Positions 28,453 through 37,494 of a stretch of DNA of 46,994 bases are shown piece by piece. Below the pieces are notes generated by a model. The model was not told where the DNA came from. It made no database searches and worked only from the letters and a program-made list of their open reading frames with translations. The DNA is taken from NCBI GenBank assembly GCA_018304465.1, contig JAGVWC010000014.1, positions 1 to 46,994 of the forward strand, in the 5' to 3' direction. Origin of the DNA: Candidatus Iainarchaeum sp. (GTDB lineage: Archaea; Iainarchaeota; Iainarchaeia; Iainarchaeales; JAGVWC01). Both the position numbers and the translations under genes were made by a program. How positions within the stretch are numbered: the first letter of the stretch is position 1; each line of letters opens with the position of its first letter.

Positions 28453-28872
28453 TTACTCTGGCTGGGACGCGCTTGCAATCGAAATCACTTCCCGCTCTTT
28501 TCGAATCTCGTAATATCCCGGCGCAAGATACATCGGAACCGCATCGCGGTCTCCCGATACCCGGCCCAGATAAAAACAATAATGTCCGTTGCTTAATCCG
28601 AACAAAAGGTTTCCATTGGAAACCCACACGGGTCGGTCCAAAAAAACCCCCATGCGCAAGTTCCCCGGAACTTCCCCCGCTTTGTTGATGATGCCCGCGA
28701 TGCGATCGCACAACGCCGCGTTCTGATCCTGTTCACCCAATTGGCGATTGATCTCGCTTCGCTGAACCGAAATCATGCTGATGACGACAAACACGCCCAT
28801 GATCAGCATGACCGCCATCAAGGTTTCGATGGCCGCTTGGCCTTTTGGATCAACGAACGAAACCACATTCAT
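28453..28872 (-). CDS. Minor pilin (class III signal peptide)
   Basis: PKG|QAAIETLMAVMLIMGVFVVISMI. Confidence 0.8.
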   Translation of the reverse strand: MNVVSFVDPKGQAAIETLMAVMLIMGVFVVISMISVQRSEINRQLGEQDQNAALCDRIAGIINKAGEVPGNLRMGVFLDRPVWVSNGNLLFGLSNGHYCFYLGRVSGDRDAVPMYLAPGYYEIRKEREVISIASASQPE

Positions 28873-28877
28873 CCCCG

Positions 28878-29522
28878 TTAGCTTACGGCCGAAATCAGGA
28901 CTTTTCCGGTTCCTACGGACCACTCCACTCTGATCGTGTGCGGTCCCGGCAAAACCAGCGTCGCGATTGTCGCCGCATCCATGCCGATAATCGCACGCGA
29001 CTGTTTGATGATATCCACATCCTGTCCGGATTGCTGTTGCGTGAACACTAGATACGCGCGCCTTGCGGTTAACGCCTGGTCGTCCATGGAATACAAATCA
29101 TAACAAGTGGGTTTCCCGTCCGGCGTGACCCCCGGCTCCGGTGTCGTACAAATCCGTTTTCCCGGAGTCGGATCAAAAACGGCACAGCAAATATCCTGGG
29201 TTTTATCCGGATCAATCACAGTGCATTCCTGGCCTGCCAAGGTTCGATAATTGTCTTTGCATCCGTAATCCACGCGAATCGCCTTCACACTGCTCGGCGT
29301 TTCAATATCCACGAACAACACGCTTCCTTCGCCCAACGCGTAGGTTTGCTCCGCCGCATTGACGATCGTTGAAAGTTCCTGCTGCGCCATGCTGCTGTTG
29401 GTGGCGTCCTGATAATTGGTGGACGCGTACGCGAAAATCAGGCCTGTGGCTACCAGCAAAAACGAAGTCAATAACAAGTATTCGATCGCGGTCTGAGCCG
29501 CCAAACTCCGCCGCATCGGCAT
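28878..29522 (-). CDS. Minor pilin (class III signal peptide) with a Cys-rich insert
   Basis: RRSLAA|QTAIEYLLLTSFLLVATGLIFAY; IVNAAEQTYALGEGS; six Cys in a central loop. Confidence 0.8.
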   Translation of the reverse strand: MPMRRSLAAQTAIEYLLLTSFLLVATGLIFAYASTNYQDATNSSMAQQELSTIVNAAEQTYALGEGSVLFVDIETPSSVKAIRVDYGCKDNYRTLAGQECTVIDPDKTQDICCAVFDPTPGKRICTTPEPGVTPDGKPTCYDLYSMDDQALTARRAYLVFTQQQSGQDVDIIKQSRAIIGMDAATIATLVLPGPHTIRVEWSVGTGKVLISAVS

Positions 29523-29626
29523 CGGATAAATAACAATTCTTTAGATTAAAAACTAGTGGGGTGGCCAAAAAAGGGTTTTGGGCGCGGAATCGGGTTTTAT
29601 AAAACTGTTGAAGGAATTATTGTTGG

Positions 29627-30208
29627 ATGGAACCCAACCCGAAGTTATGTAGATTATGCCGGTTGCTGCTCCAAAAATTCGCCCCCACCATCACCGAAAA
29701 AGAGCGCCGGACCATCGGACAAGTCAAAGCCTTGCTTGATTCCGGAGACATGACGATCCAGTCCCTGGTCGGACAATTCCAAGGCCCCGGCTACACCTTT
29801 GACAGCGATTATCTGACCGCAAGCAAAAAAGCCCTATTGTACGTTTCCTTAAACATCGACTTCGTAAAACTCGACATTCCCATCAGCTTTTGGCTTTCTC
29901 CCAAAGAAATCGTCGAAAACAAGATTGCCGACGACGAAGACCACGCCGTTTTTTTATGCACCTTGCTTTTGGCTTTAGGGGATGCCAACGCCGAAGTCGT
30001 CATCGCCGAAATGACCGATCTGACCACCCACGCGTTTGTGCTGTCGCAATACCGCGGATTGTATTACCTGTTTGACTCCACGCAAGAAAACGCGTCGCCA
30101 TTAAACGGAACCAAAGAAGAAATTTTTTCCCAATACGTGTCCAACGGATCGCGGATCAAACGGTTCCTCTACAAATTCAACCATTCGAACTACGAACAAT
30201 TCCTTTAA
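29627..30208 (+). CDS. Transglutaminase-like (papain-fold) domain protein lacking the catalytic Cys
   Basis: FWLSPKEIV...ADDEDHAVFLCTLL...THAFV...YLFDST matches the TGase core pattern W..P.E...GDCED.A...HA....D.T except at the Cys. Confidence 0.75.
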   Translation: MEPNPKLCRLCRLLLQKFAPTITEKERRTIGQVKALLDSGDMTIQSLVGQFQGPGYTFDSDYLTASKKALLYVSLNIDFVKLDIPISFWLSPKEIVENKIADDEDHAVFLCTLLLALGDANAEVVIAEMTDLTTHAFVLSQYRGLYYLFDSTQENASPLNGTKEEIFSQYVSNGSRIKRFLYKFNHSNYEQFL

Positions 30209-30351
30209 TTTTTTTTTCTTCGTCCGCGATTGTATCGGCCAAGACCTGTCGCCGCTCTTCAATCGTGATGTGGCCTATTTCGCTTACTAGTCGGCATCAA
30301 ACACAACCTTCCGCGCAAGGCAAACAAAAGAACAAAATAAAATCGTTGCGT

Positions 30352-30660
30352 TTAGTCGCGGTTGTGTTTTTGCTGGTAATGCTTGGAAAAAATGTCGCAC
30401 GGATCATCCAGCAAATCGCTCATATCGAATTTGGCGCGAAGCTTTTTGGCCACCATCTGAAAACTCTTGGCGATCCGATACGTGGTCGGAAACCCTTTTT
30501 TTTTCTCGATCGCGCCTTTTAACAGCAAGTCCTTTACCTCGGTCATGACCTCTCGGTACGAATAATTCGTTTTGGCTCGGAGCTCTTCAATGGTTTTCGC
30601 CTTTGAAACCAATTGAACCAGTACTTGCTCCTGACACGAGGACAGTTTCGAAATCGTCAT
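30352..30660 (-). CDS. Winged helix-turn-helix protein
   Basis: LSSCQEQVLVQLVSKAKTIEELRAKTNYSYREVMTEVKDLLLKGAIEKKKGFPTTY has a TrmB/ArsR-like wHTH pattern. Confidence 0.7.
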   Translation of the reverse strand: MTISKLSSCQEQVLVQLVSKAKTIEELRAKTNYSYREVMTEVKDLLLKGAIEKKKGFPTTYRIAKSFQMVAKKLRAKFDMSDLLDDPCDIFSKHYQQKHNRD

Positions 30661-30666
30661 AAAAAA

Positions 30667-31107
30667 TTAACGAATTCGGGGATTATACGATGCAGGAGCT
30701 TCGTTGACGCGGCCGCGCAGCCAATTAACTCGAACGTTTACCGCGCGCGCGACGTCTTCTTTTGAATCAAGCAACTGCAACTTGTTCGCCAAGGTCGTAT
30801 CCCCGACAATGTGACCCACCCAGGTCGCGAACTCGTTTTTTTCCGGCGACACGTGTTTTACGAACGTGGAGTCGTCCATTTCCGACAGAACCGCGTCCAA
30901 GTCGCACAAACCCTTGAGCACGGCACCATTGCTTAGATAGAAAAAATGATCCGGATGGCGCACTTCTTTTAACAATACGCCGGCGCACTCGTGGCCATAG
31001 GTTCGTTTCAGATCCACATGCCTGCTTTTGGGCAAAAAAGATTTGATTTTCACCCATAAACTTTCAATCAATTCATTAAATTCGTCAATCGGTTCGTGCC
31101 TTTCCAT
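30667..31107 (-). CDS. DUF5752-like family protein
   Basis: FFYLSNGAVLKGL..L...LSEMDDSTFVKHV..EKNEFATWV..IVGD..LANKL. Confidence 0.75.
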   Translation of the reverse strand: MERHEPIDEFNELIESLWVKIKSFLPKSRHVDLKRTYGHECAGVLLKEVRHPDHFFYLSNGAVLKGLCDLDAVLSEMDDSTFVKHVSPEKNEFATWVGHIVGDTTLANKLQLLDSKEDVARAVNVRVNWLRGRVNEAPASYNPRIR

Positions 31108-31196
31108 ATGGGTTCACCGTTATAAACAGAATCAACGAATATAAAAAGATTATGTTGATTCGGACGCCCTGCCGCTTTTTCCGACAAACTATTTCG

Positions 31197-32135
31197 TTAT
31201 TTCCTCTTTTTTTTCCGATACAACAAATTGTTCTTGGCGCCCAGAAACTGAATCACGCTCGTCGCGTTGTTCACGCCGTTTTCCAGGCATTTTTGCATCG
31301 GTTCGCCGCCCAGCACCGCCGCCAAAAAACCCGAATTGAACGCGTCTCCGGCTCCCGCCGAATCCAATTTGTGCGCGGGGTGACTTTCTTCAAAGAAAAA
31401 CTCCTGGCCGTCAAACGCCGCGGCGCCCACCGGTCCAAGCGAAACCACGACCAGCGGAACAAACGCGGACAAAAATTTCATGTTTTCCTTGTAATCCCCC
31501 CGCCCCGCCAACTGCTCGGCTTCTTCGCCGTTTAAGAAAAGAATCGAAACGTGCTTTAGAATCGGCGAAAGCAAACCCAATCCTTCGCGCAATTCGCTTT
31601 GACCCGGATTCCACGCAAGCAAAATATTGTTTTTTTTGGAAAACAAAGCGATTCGTTTCACGAGCGACAACGACGAATGCAACGACCCCAAATAAATCGC
31701 GCGCGTTTTCTCCAATCGATTCCAATTAATTTGCTTGGCATGCTGATCCAGTTTTCGCGTCGCGCCGCCAAAAGCGAAAATCACGCGGTTCAATCCGTGT
31801 CCCGTTAAGATCACGGAAAACGCGGTGGCGTCCGATCCAAACAACAGCAAACCCGTGTCGACTTTTTCCGCGCGCAATTCTTTGAGAATTTTTCTTCCGA
31901 ACTCATCGCGCCCCAACCGGCACAGGCACCCCGTTCGAAGGCCTTGTCTGGCGAACCCGACCGCGGTGTTCGTGGCCGAACCGCCGGAAAAAAACCGCAA
32001 TGATTCGACTTCGATTTTGCTTCCTTCCAAAAAAAACAGTTCGCCTTTTTTTTTCCTCGGGCGAAAATAGGTTTCGGGATTGATCTGAACAAACGCGTCC
32101 ATGGTCGCGTTTCCGATCGCTACGACATCCAGCAT
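31197..32135 (-). CDS. PfkB/ribokinase-family carbohydrate kinase
   Basis: GGSATNTAVGFARQG...GRDEFG, NGEEA, DSAGAGDAFNSGF. Confidence 0.93.
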   Translation of the reverse strand: MLDVVAIGNATMDAFVQINPETYFRPRKKKGELFFLEGSKIEVESLRFFSGGSATNTAVGFARQGLRTGCLCRLGRDEFGRKILKELRAEKVDTGLLLFGSDATAFSVILTGHGLNRVIFAFGGATRKLDQHAKQINWNRLEKTRAIYLGSLHSSLSLVKRIALFSKKNNILLAWNPGQSELREGLGLLSPILKHVSILFLNGEEAEQLAGRGDYKENMKFLSAFVPLVVVSLGPVGAAAFDGQEFFFEESHPAHKLDSAGAGDAFNSGFLAAVLGGEPMQKCLENGVNNATSVIQFLGAKNNLLYRKKKRK

Positions 32136-32181
32136 ACCACAAATAAACCGGCAAAGACCTATAAAAGCGTTTGGCGCTTGC

Positions 32182-32376
32182 TCAGTATTTCAAGTCTTTG
32201 GGGCGCGGTTTTCGAATCGGGCGGTCGCGCGGCTTTCCGATGTCGGTCGGGCGTGGCAAAGGCAAATCCGGCAAGTCTTTCAAACGCGACGGATCCCGAA
32301 TCGGAATACGCGTGGGAGAACGCCGATTGTCTTGCGGCAACGGTTTTTTTCCCGGTTTTTTCCCTTTTTTCTCCAT
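32182..32376 (-). CDS. Small Pro/Arg/Lys-rich hypothetical protein (64 aa)
   Basis: ATG ~24 nt downstream of a TTTTTAAA box; fills the gap between the PfkB and PMM genes. Confidence 0.5.
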   Translation of the reverse strand: MEKKGKKPGKKPLPQDNRRSPTRIPIRDPSRLKDLPDLPLPRPTDIGKPRDRPIRKPRPKDLKY

Positions 32377-32514
32377 GCATAACTTGTGCAAAGAAGTTCT
32401 TTAAAAACGATCCAAACGACGGCCGGTTTCAAACAAGCGCTCGGTTTTATGCCCTTGCACCAAACAGTATTTTAAATTCCACTTCCAGAGTGATTTACTT
32501 TTGAGGTTTTTAGA

Positions 32515-33903
32515 ATGGCTGAATTGAAAAAAACCATGTTCCGGGACTACGACGTCCGCGGACAGGTAAACGAAACCGAGCTAAACGAAAAAAGCATCGA
32601 ATTGATCGGAAAAGCGTTCGGAACGCAATTATTACAACGACACTTAAACCAATGCATCGTCGGTTTTGACGCGCGAAGCTACAGCGAATCGTTATGCCGC
32701 TCCTTGGTCGCGGGTCTTTGTTCCACGGGCGTGTCCGTGACCAACATCGGAATGGTCACGACTCCGGTGGCGTATTTTTCCCAGTATCATTTGAAAATCA
32801 AAGGACTCGCCATGATCACCGCCTCGCACAACCCCAACGGCTGGAGCGGACTCAAACTGGGTTTTGATTACTCTTCCACGTTACTTCCCGCGGATATCGC
32901 GGCGCTATACGAAACGATTCAGACCGAACAATTCGCCAAAGGAAAAGGAACCGAAAAAAAAACCGGTACCATTGACCTCTACGTGAAAAACCTGGTTAAA
33001 CGCGTTCATGTTCCGAAAAAATTCAAAGTCGTGATCAATGCTCGGAACGGAATCGCGGGAATCGTTGCTCCGAAGGTGTTCAAAGCCGCGGGAATGAATG
33101 TGGTCGAACAATACTGCGACATTGATTTTTCTTTTCCGCATGGGTCCTCGAACCCGAGCATCAACGAAATGATGGAAGAACTCGGCGCCGTCGTGGTTGA
33201 ACAAAAAGCCGACATCGGTTTTGCGTTTGATGCCGACGGAGACCGCCTTGGCGTGTGCGACGAAAAAGGCCGATTGATTTATCCCGACCGAACATTGGCG
33301 TTGCTGGCCCGACGCGTCCTGCAAGACACTCCCGGTGCCACTATTATTTTTGACGTTAAAAGCAGCCAGGCACTCATCGACGACATCCAAGACCACCACG
33401 GAAAACCCCTGATGTGGAAAACCGGTCACTCGTTCATCAAAGAAAAACTGCATTCCTCCAAGGCGCCTCTTGCCGGAGAACGAAGCGGACACATCTTTTT
33501 TAGCCAGGGCTATTATGGTTTTGACGATCCGTGTTACGCCGGACTCAAACTCCTCGAATACCTGGCCACAGAATTGCATCCCTTGTCGCACATCGTTTCC
33601 ACGATTCCCGTTTATCATTCGTCCCCCGTGTTTCACGCGCCGTGCGCCGACGAAATCAAAAAAGACGTGCTAAAACGCCTCGTGACGTATTTCAAACAAA
33701 AGTACCCGAACGTCATCGACATTGATGGTGCGCGCGTCGTGTTCCCGGACGGTTGGGGCCTCGTGCGAAGCTCGTCCAACATGCCCGTACTGGTGCTGGT
33801 GTTTGAAGGAAAAACCCAAAAAAAGGCCGAAGAAATCGAACAACTGTTCCGAAAAGAACTCGCCCAATTCCCCGAAATCGGAACCCATTGGGAAAACGGA
33901 TAG
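32515..33903 (+). CDS. Phosphomannomutase/phosphoglucomutase
   Basis: FRDYDVRG, catalytic TASHNP, metal loop FDADGDR, sugar loop GERSGH, LVRSSSN. Confidence 0.95.
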   Translation: MAELKKTMFRDYDVRGQVNETELNEKSIELIGKAFGTQLLQRHLNQCIVGFDARSYSESLCRSLVAGLCSTGVSVTNIGMVTTPVAYFSQYHLKIKGLAMITASHNPNGWSGLKLGFDYSSTLLPADIAALYETIQTEQFAKGKGTEKKTGTIDLYVKNLVKRVHVPKKFKVVINARNGIAGIVAPKVFKAAGMNVVEQYCDIDFSFPHGSSNPSINEMMEELGAVVVEQKADIGFAFDADGDRLGVCDEKGRLIYPDRTLALLARRVLQDTPGATIIFDVKSSQALIDDIQDHHGKPLMWKTGHSFIKEKLHSSKAPLAGERSGHIFFSQGYYGFDDPCYAGLKLLEYLATELHPLSHIVSTIPVYHSSPVFHAPCADEIKKDVLKRLVTYFKQKYPNVIDIDGARVVFPDGWGLVRSSSNMPVLVLVFEGKTQKKAEEIEQLFRKELAQFPEIGTHWENG

Positions 33904-33962
33904 GAAAAGCCGCCCAAAAGCGGACAAAACCTTTAAATGCTTCGCCCCACTTTTTTCTTTCG

Positions 33963-34544
33963 ATGAATCGCCGCGCAAGAATCCTTCGAGGAATCGTTCA
34001 TGCTACCCGAAACGAACCGGACAAACAAGCCGTTTATCACGGAATGCTTCGAAAAGAACTTCGAAAAAAAACTCCTTTGAAAAAAGCGTCCTTGAAACTC
34101 TCCGTTGCAAACTCCCCGCGCATGCAAGCGATTGTTTCCCGGCCCCGCGTGCGATTGTATTCTCCTTTGCTTTCTTCCATGGGGGCGAGCGCTGCTCGGT
34201 ACCTGATTAGCGCGCGAAACATTTCCCGAATCGCCCAGCGCATGAAAATCAAACCCCGAGACCTCGAAATCGCGTTGTCCAATCACTTGAACACGGCGGC
34301 CCCTCATTGGAAAGTCCGGTACGCCAACCGCGTTTTTTACGTCACTCCCCACGGACCCATGTGGATCGTGGACGCGGTTCGAACCGGAATGCTTGACATT
34401 TCCAAATCGCTTCACAATGCCCGCGAAGACTTGGCTTCGCGTCCGGTGGGCACTTCCTGCATCGTGGACGCGATTCCGTTCGTCAAACTTCCCAGCGGCG
34501 AAGTCGCTTTGTTCGACCAAGCCGTGACCAAAGATTGGATTTAG
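33963..34544 (+). CDS. Basic hypothetical protein
   Basis: ATG ~25 nt after a CTTTAAAT box; 193 aa; Arg/Lys-rich N-terminal half; no recognised motif. Confidence 0.65.
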   Translation: MNRRARILRGIVHATRNEPDKQAVYHGMLRKELRKKTPLKKASLKLSVANSPRMQAIVSRPRVRLYSPLLSSMGASAARYLISARNISRIAQRMKIKPRDLEIALSNHLNTAAPHWKVRYANRVFYVTPHGPMWIVDAVRTGMLDISKSLHNAREDLASRPVGTSCIVDAIPFVKLPSGEVALFDQAVTKDWI

Positions 34545-34663
34545 CGAAAAAAACCATAGGTTCAAAAATAGAAAACGCCTATTTTATAGCACAAATTGGG
34601 ACAAAAACGCCCTGGTAAAAATCTTTTAGAAAATTAAAAACTCTTTTGGGGGAAGGTGGTGTC

Positions 34664-35631
34664 GTGGTAGCCAAAACAAGCAAAATTCGCATCGGAATCA
34701 ATGGAATGGGGCGCATTGGACGCCAGGTTTTTCGATTGGCATTTGAACGCGATACCATCGAAGTCGTTTGCGCGAACGACGTCGGCGACCAAGCCACGAC
34801 CGCGCACCTGCTCAAATTCGACTCCGTTCACGGCAAATGGAACGCCGACATCCAGATTAAAGACAAAAACCTGGTCGTAAACGGAAAAACCGTCGCGTTT
34901 TACTCCACGCGAAACCCGCTTGAAATTCCCTGGAAAAAATACAATGTCGACGTGGTACTCGAATGTACGGGGGCTTTTACCGAAAAAGAAAGCGCCAGTC
35001 AGCACATCTCATCCGGCGCCAAAAAAGTCATTATTAATACGATCCGAAAAACCATTCCGTGGTTTCGTTGGCCAGCTGCACCACCAATTCACTGGCACCC
35101 GTCCTTAAAGTGATCCAGGACGTCTACGGCATTGAAAAAGGATTCATCACGACCATCCACGCGTACACCAACGACCAGCGCATTCTGGACTTGCATCACA
35201 CGGACTACCGCCGCGCCCGTGCCGCCGCCATCAATCTGATTCCCACCACGACCGGCGCCGCCAAAGCCATCGGCGAAGTCATTCCCGAACTCGCCGGAAA
35301 GCTCCATGGCCACGCGGTCCGCGCACCAGTTCCGACCGGAAGCATCACTGACATTGTCGTGATCACCAAGACACCCCCCAAAGACGCCGCGGAACTCAAC
35401 GCCGCCCTTAAAAAATCCGCGAACGGAAAAATGAAAGGCATCATGGAATACAGCGAAGAAGACCTCGTTTCAAGCGACATCGTGAACAATCCGAATTCCG
35501 CGATCGTCGATTCCAAACTCACGCTCGTCATGGGGAACCTCGTCAAGGTGTACTCGTGGTACGACAACGAATGGGGTTATTCCAACCGCATGGTCGATTT
35601 TGTGGAATACATCGCCAAAAAAGGGCTTTAA
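34664..35631 (+). pseudogene. gap: Type I (bacterial-like) glyceraldehyde-3-phosphate dehydrogenase broken by an internal deletion/frameshift at 35035/35036
   Basis: IGINGMGRIGR, LKFDSVHG, VLECTG in frame 1; ASCTTN, TTIHAYTNDQ, RARAAAINLIPTTTGAA, WYDNEWGYS in frame 2; the SAP...GVN block is missing at the junction. Confidence 0.92.
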
Positions 35632-35644
35632 CCGCCACGAGAAA

Positions 35645-36850
35645 ATGAACATGTATCGCACCATTTTGGATCAAAGTATCGCGGGCAAGACGCTCATCGT
35701 TCGCATTGACCTGAACTCGAATTTCCAAAACGGAAAACTCCAGGTATCCGAACGCTTCATCCAACACGCAAAAGCACTTTCGGCCTTGGCCGACAAAGGC
35801 GCCCGCGTCGTGGTGCTTGCGCATCAGGGGCGCAAAGGGGATCCTGATTTTTTTCCGCTGGAAAGCCACGGGGAAGTACTTGAAAAATTAATGGGTCGAA
35901 AAGTGAAACTCGTTCCGTGGAACGTTGATTATGTAGCAGAAGTGAAGCGTCTTAACGACGGCGAAGTGATTCTGATGCAAAACGTCCGCGAATTTGCCGA
36001 AGAATCGAGGGAAGCGCCTGGCCCAGAACACGCCCAACTTCCGTTCGTCAAAAACCTCGCGTCGGTGGCGGATTTCTTCGTGCTGGACGCCTTGTCGATT
36101 GCCCACCGCAGCCACGCCAGCGTCGTTGGATTCTCCGCCTTGTTGCCTTCTTTTGCCGGGCCCACCTTGCACAAGGAATTATCGGCGCTTCAAAAAATTT
36201 CTTCTCTTAAAGACGGACGACTCCTGATTTTGGGCGGCGCCAAACCCGCGGATTCAATCGCCATGCTGTCGTATTTTCTTGACTCCAAAAAAACCGACCG
36301 CGTCCTTCTTGCCGGCGTCCTTGCCGAAGTATTCCTAAAAACCAGCAACTTTTCTTTCGGAAAAAAAGATTTTTTCCTTCAGGAAAAAGGCTATCTCAAA
36401 CTCTTGCCCGTCGCCAAGGACCTTTTTTCCAAACACCGCGACAAAATCGTTCTCCCGCTTGATTTCGCGGTTTTGGACGACAAGAAAAAACGCGTCGAAC
36501 TGTTGCTTTCGCAATTTCCGTCCTCGAACCCGACCATGGACATCGGCAAAAAAACCATTGCGCTTTTCTCCAAAGAAATCAAAAAAAGCCGTCTCATCGT
36601 GTTCAACGGAACCATCGGAGTATTCGAACAAAAAGGATTCGAGGCCGGGACCAAAAAAATATTTTCCGCGATTTGCCGAAACAAGGCATTCTCGCTTATC
36701 GGCGGCGGAGACACCGTGACTGCGGCCAAACAACTTAAGTTTTCTTTCGAACGCTTCGGGCACGTGTCCTTGGCGGGAAAAGCGCTGCTTGAATACCTTT
36801 CCGGACAAACCCTTCCGGGGCTCGCGGCACTTGGTTTTGTCCGAAAATAA
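35645..36850 (+). CDS. pgk: Phosphoglycerate kinase (archaeal type)
   Basis: VRIDLNS, LAHQGR, AHRSHAS, LGGAK, MDIG, GVFE, IGGGDT, HVSLAGKALLEYL. Confidence 0.95.
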   Translation: MNMYRTILDQSIAGKTLIVRIDLNSNFQNGKLQVSERFIQHAKALSALADKGARVVVLAHQGRKGDPDFFPLESHGEVLEKLMGRKVKLVPWNVDYVAEVKRLNDGEVILMQNVREFAEESREAPGPEHAQLPFVKNLASVADFFVLDALSIAHRSHASVVGFSALLPSFAGPTLHKELSALQKISSLKDGRLLILGGAKPADSIAMLSYFLDSKKTDRVLLAGVLAEVFLKTSNFSFGKKDFFLQEKGYLKLLPVAKDLFSKHRDKIVLPLDFAVLDDKKKRVELLLSQFPSSNPTMDIGKKTIALFSKEIKKSRLIVFNGTIGVFEQKGFEAGTKKIFSAICRNKAFSLIGGGDTVTAAKQLKFSFERFGHVSLAGKALLEYLSGQTLPGLAALGFVRK

Positions 36851-36865
36851 AAAGGAGCAAACAAC

Positions 36866-37459
36866 ATGATGGTAATCGGATTAACCGGAGGATTCGGCAC
36901 GGGAAAAACAACGGTCGCTCAAATGCTTTCAAAACTTGGGGCCAAAACCATTGACGTGGACCAGATCAGCCGAGACCTTACCGCTCCCGACAAACCGCTT
37001 TACCGCAAATACATCGCATTATTCGGACCCGAAATCGTCCAAAAAAACAATCAACTTAACCGGGAAAAAATCGCGGACATCGTTTTTGGAGACCCGATTC
37101 AACGCAAACGACTGGAAGAAATTTCGCATCCGCTCATTATTTCGGAAATGAACCGTCAAATCGAAGAACAAAAACGCGAAAAAAACAGCGTGATCGTCGT
37201 TGATTTGCCATTGCTTTTCGAAGACAAACTCGAAAAATTGTTTTCGCGCATCATCGTGGTTTACGCCAAACAAGAAAAAGTATTCAACCGAATCCGAAAA
37301 AGCCGCCGCATGACCTTTGCCCAGATCCGAAGCCGCATCGCAAGCCAGGATCCGTTATCCGAAAAAAAAGCCCGCGCCGACATTGTCATCAACAACAACG
37401 GAACGCACGCCAAAACATTCACGCAAGTCCAGCGGGTTTACCGTTTATTGTCCGAATAA
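36866..37459 (+). CDS. coaE: Dephospho-CoA kinase (bacterial CoaE type)
   Basis: IGLTGGFGTGKTT, IDVD, LNREKIADIVF, SHPLI, DLPLLFE, RIASQ, ADIVINN; AGGAG SD. Confidence 0.92.
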   Translation: MMVIGLTGGFGTGKTTVAQMLSKLGAKTIDVDQISRDLTAPDKPLYRKYIALFGPEIVQKNNQLNREKIADIVFGDPIQRKRLEEISHPLIISEMNRQIEEQKREKNSVIVVDLPLLFEDKLEKLFSRIIVVYAKQEKVFNRIRKSRRMTFAQIRSRIASQDPLSEKKARADIVINNNGTHAKTFTQVQRVYRLLSE

Positions 37460-37494
37460 CACCCTTTTTTATTCCTGTTTTGGGCATCTAAGAT

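Noticed and set aside
33933-34565. 210-aa minus-strand ORF
   Set aside because: The plus-strand ORF has a well-placed TATA box and matches the orientation of its neighbours.
35021-35060. Programmed ribosomal frameshift in gap
   Set aside because: A conserved block is physically missing, so a frameshift would not restore the enzyme.
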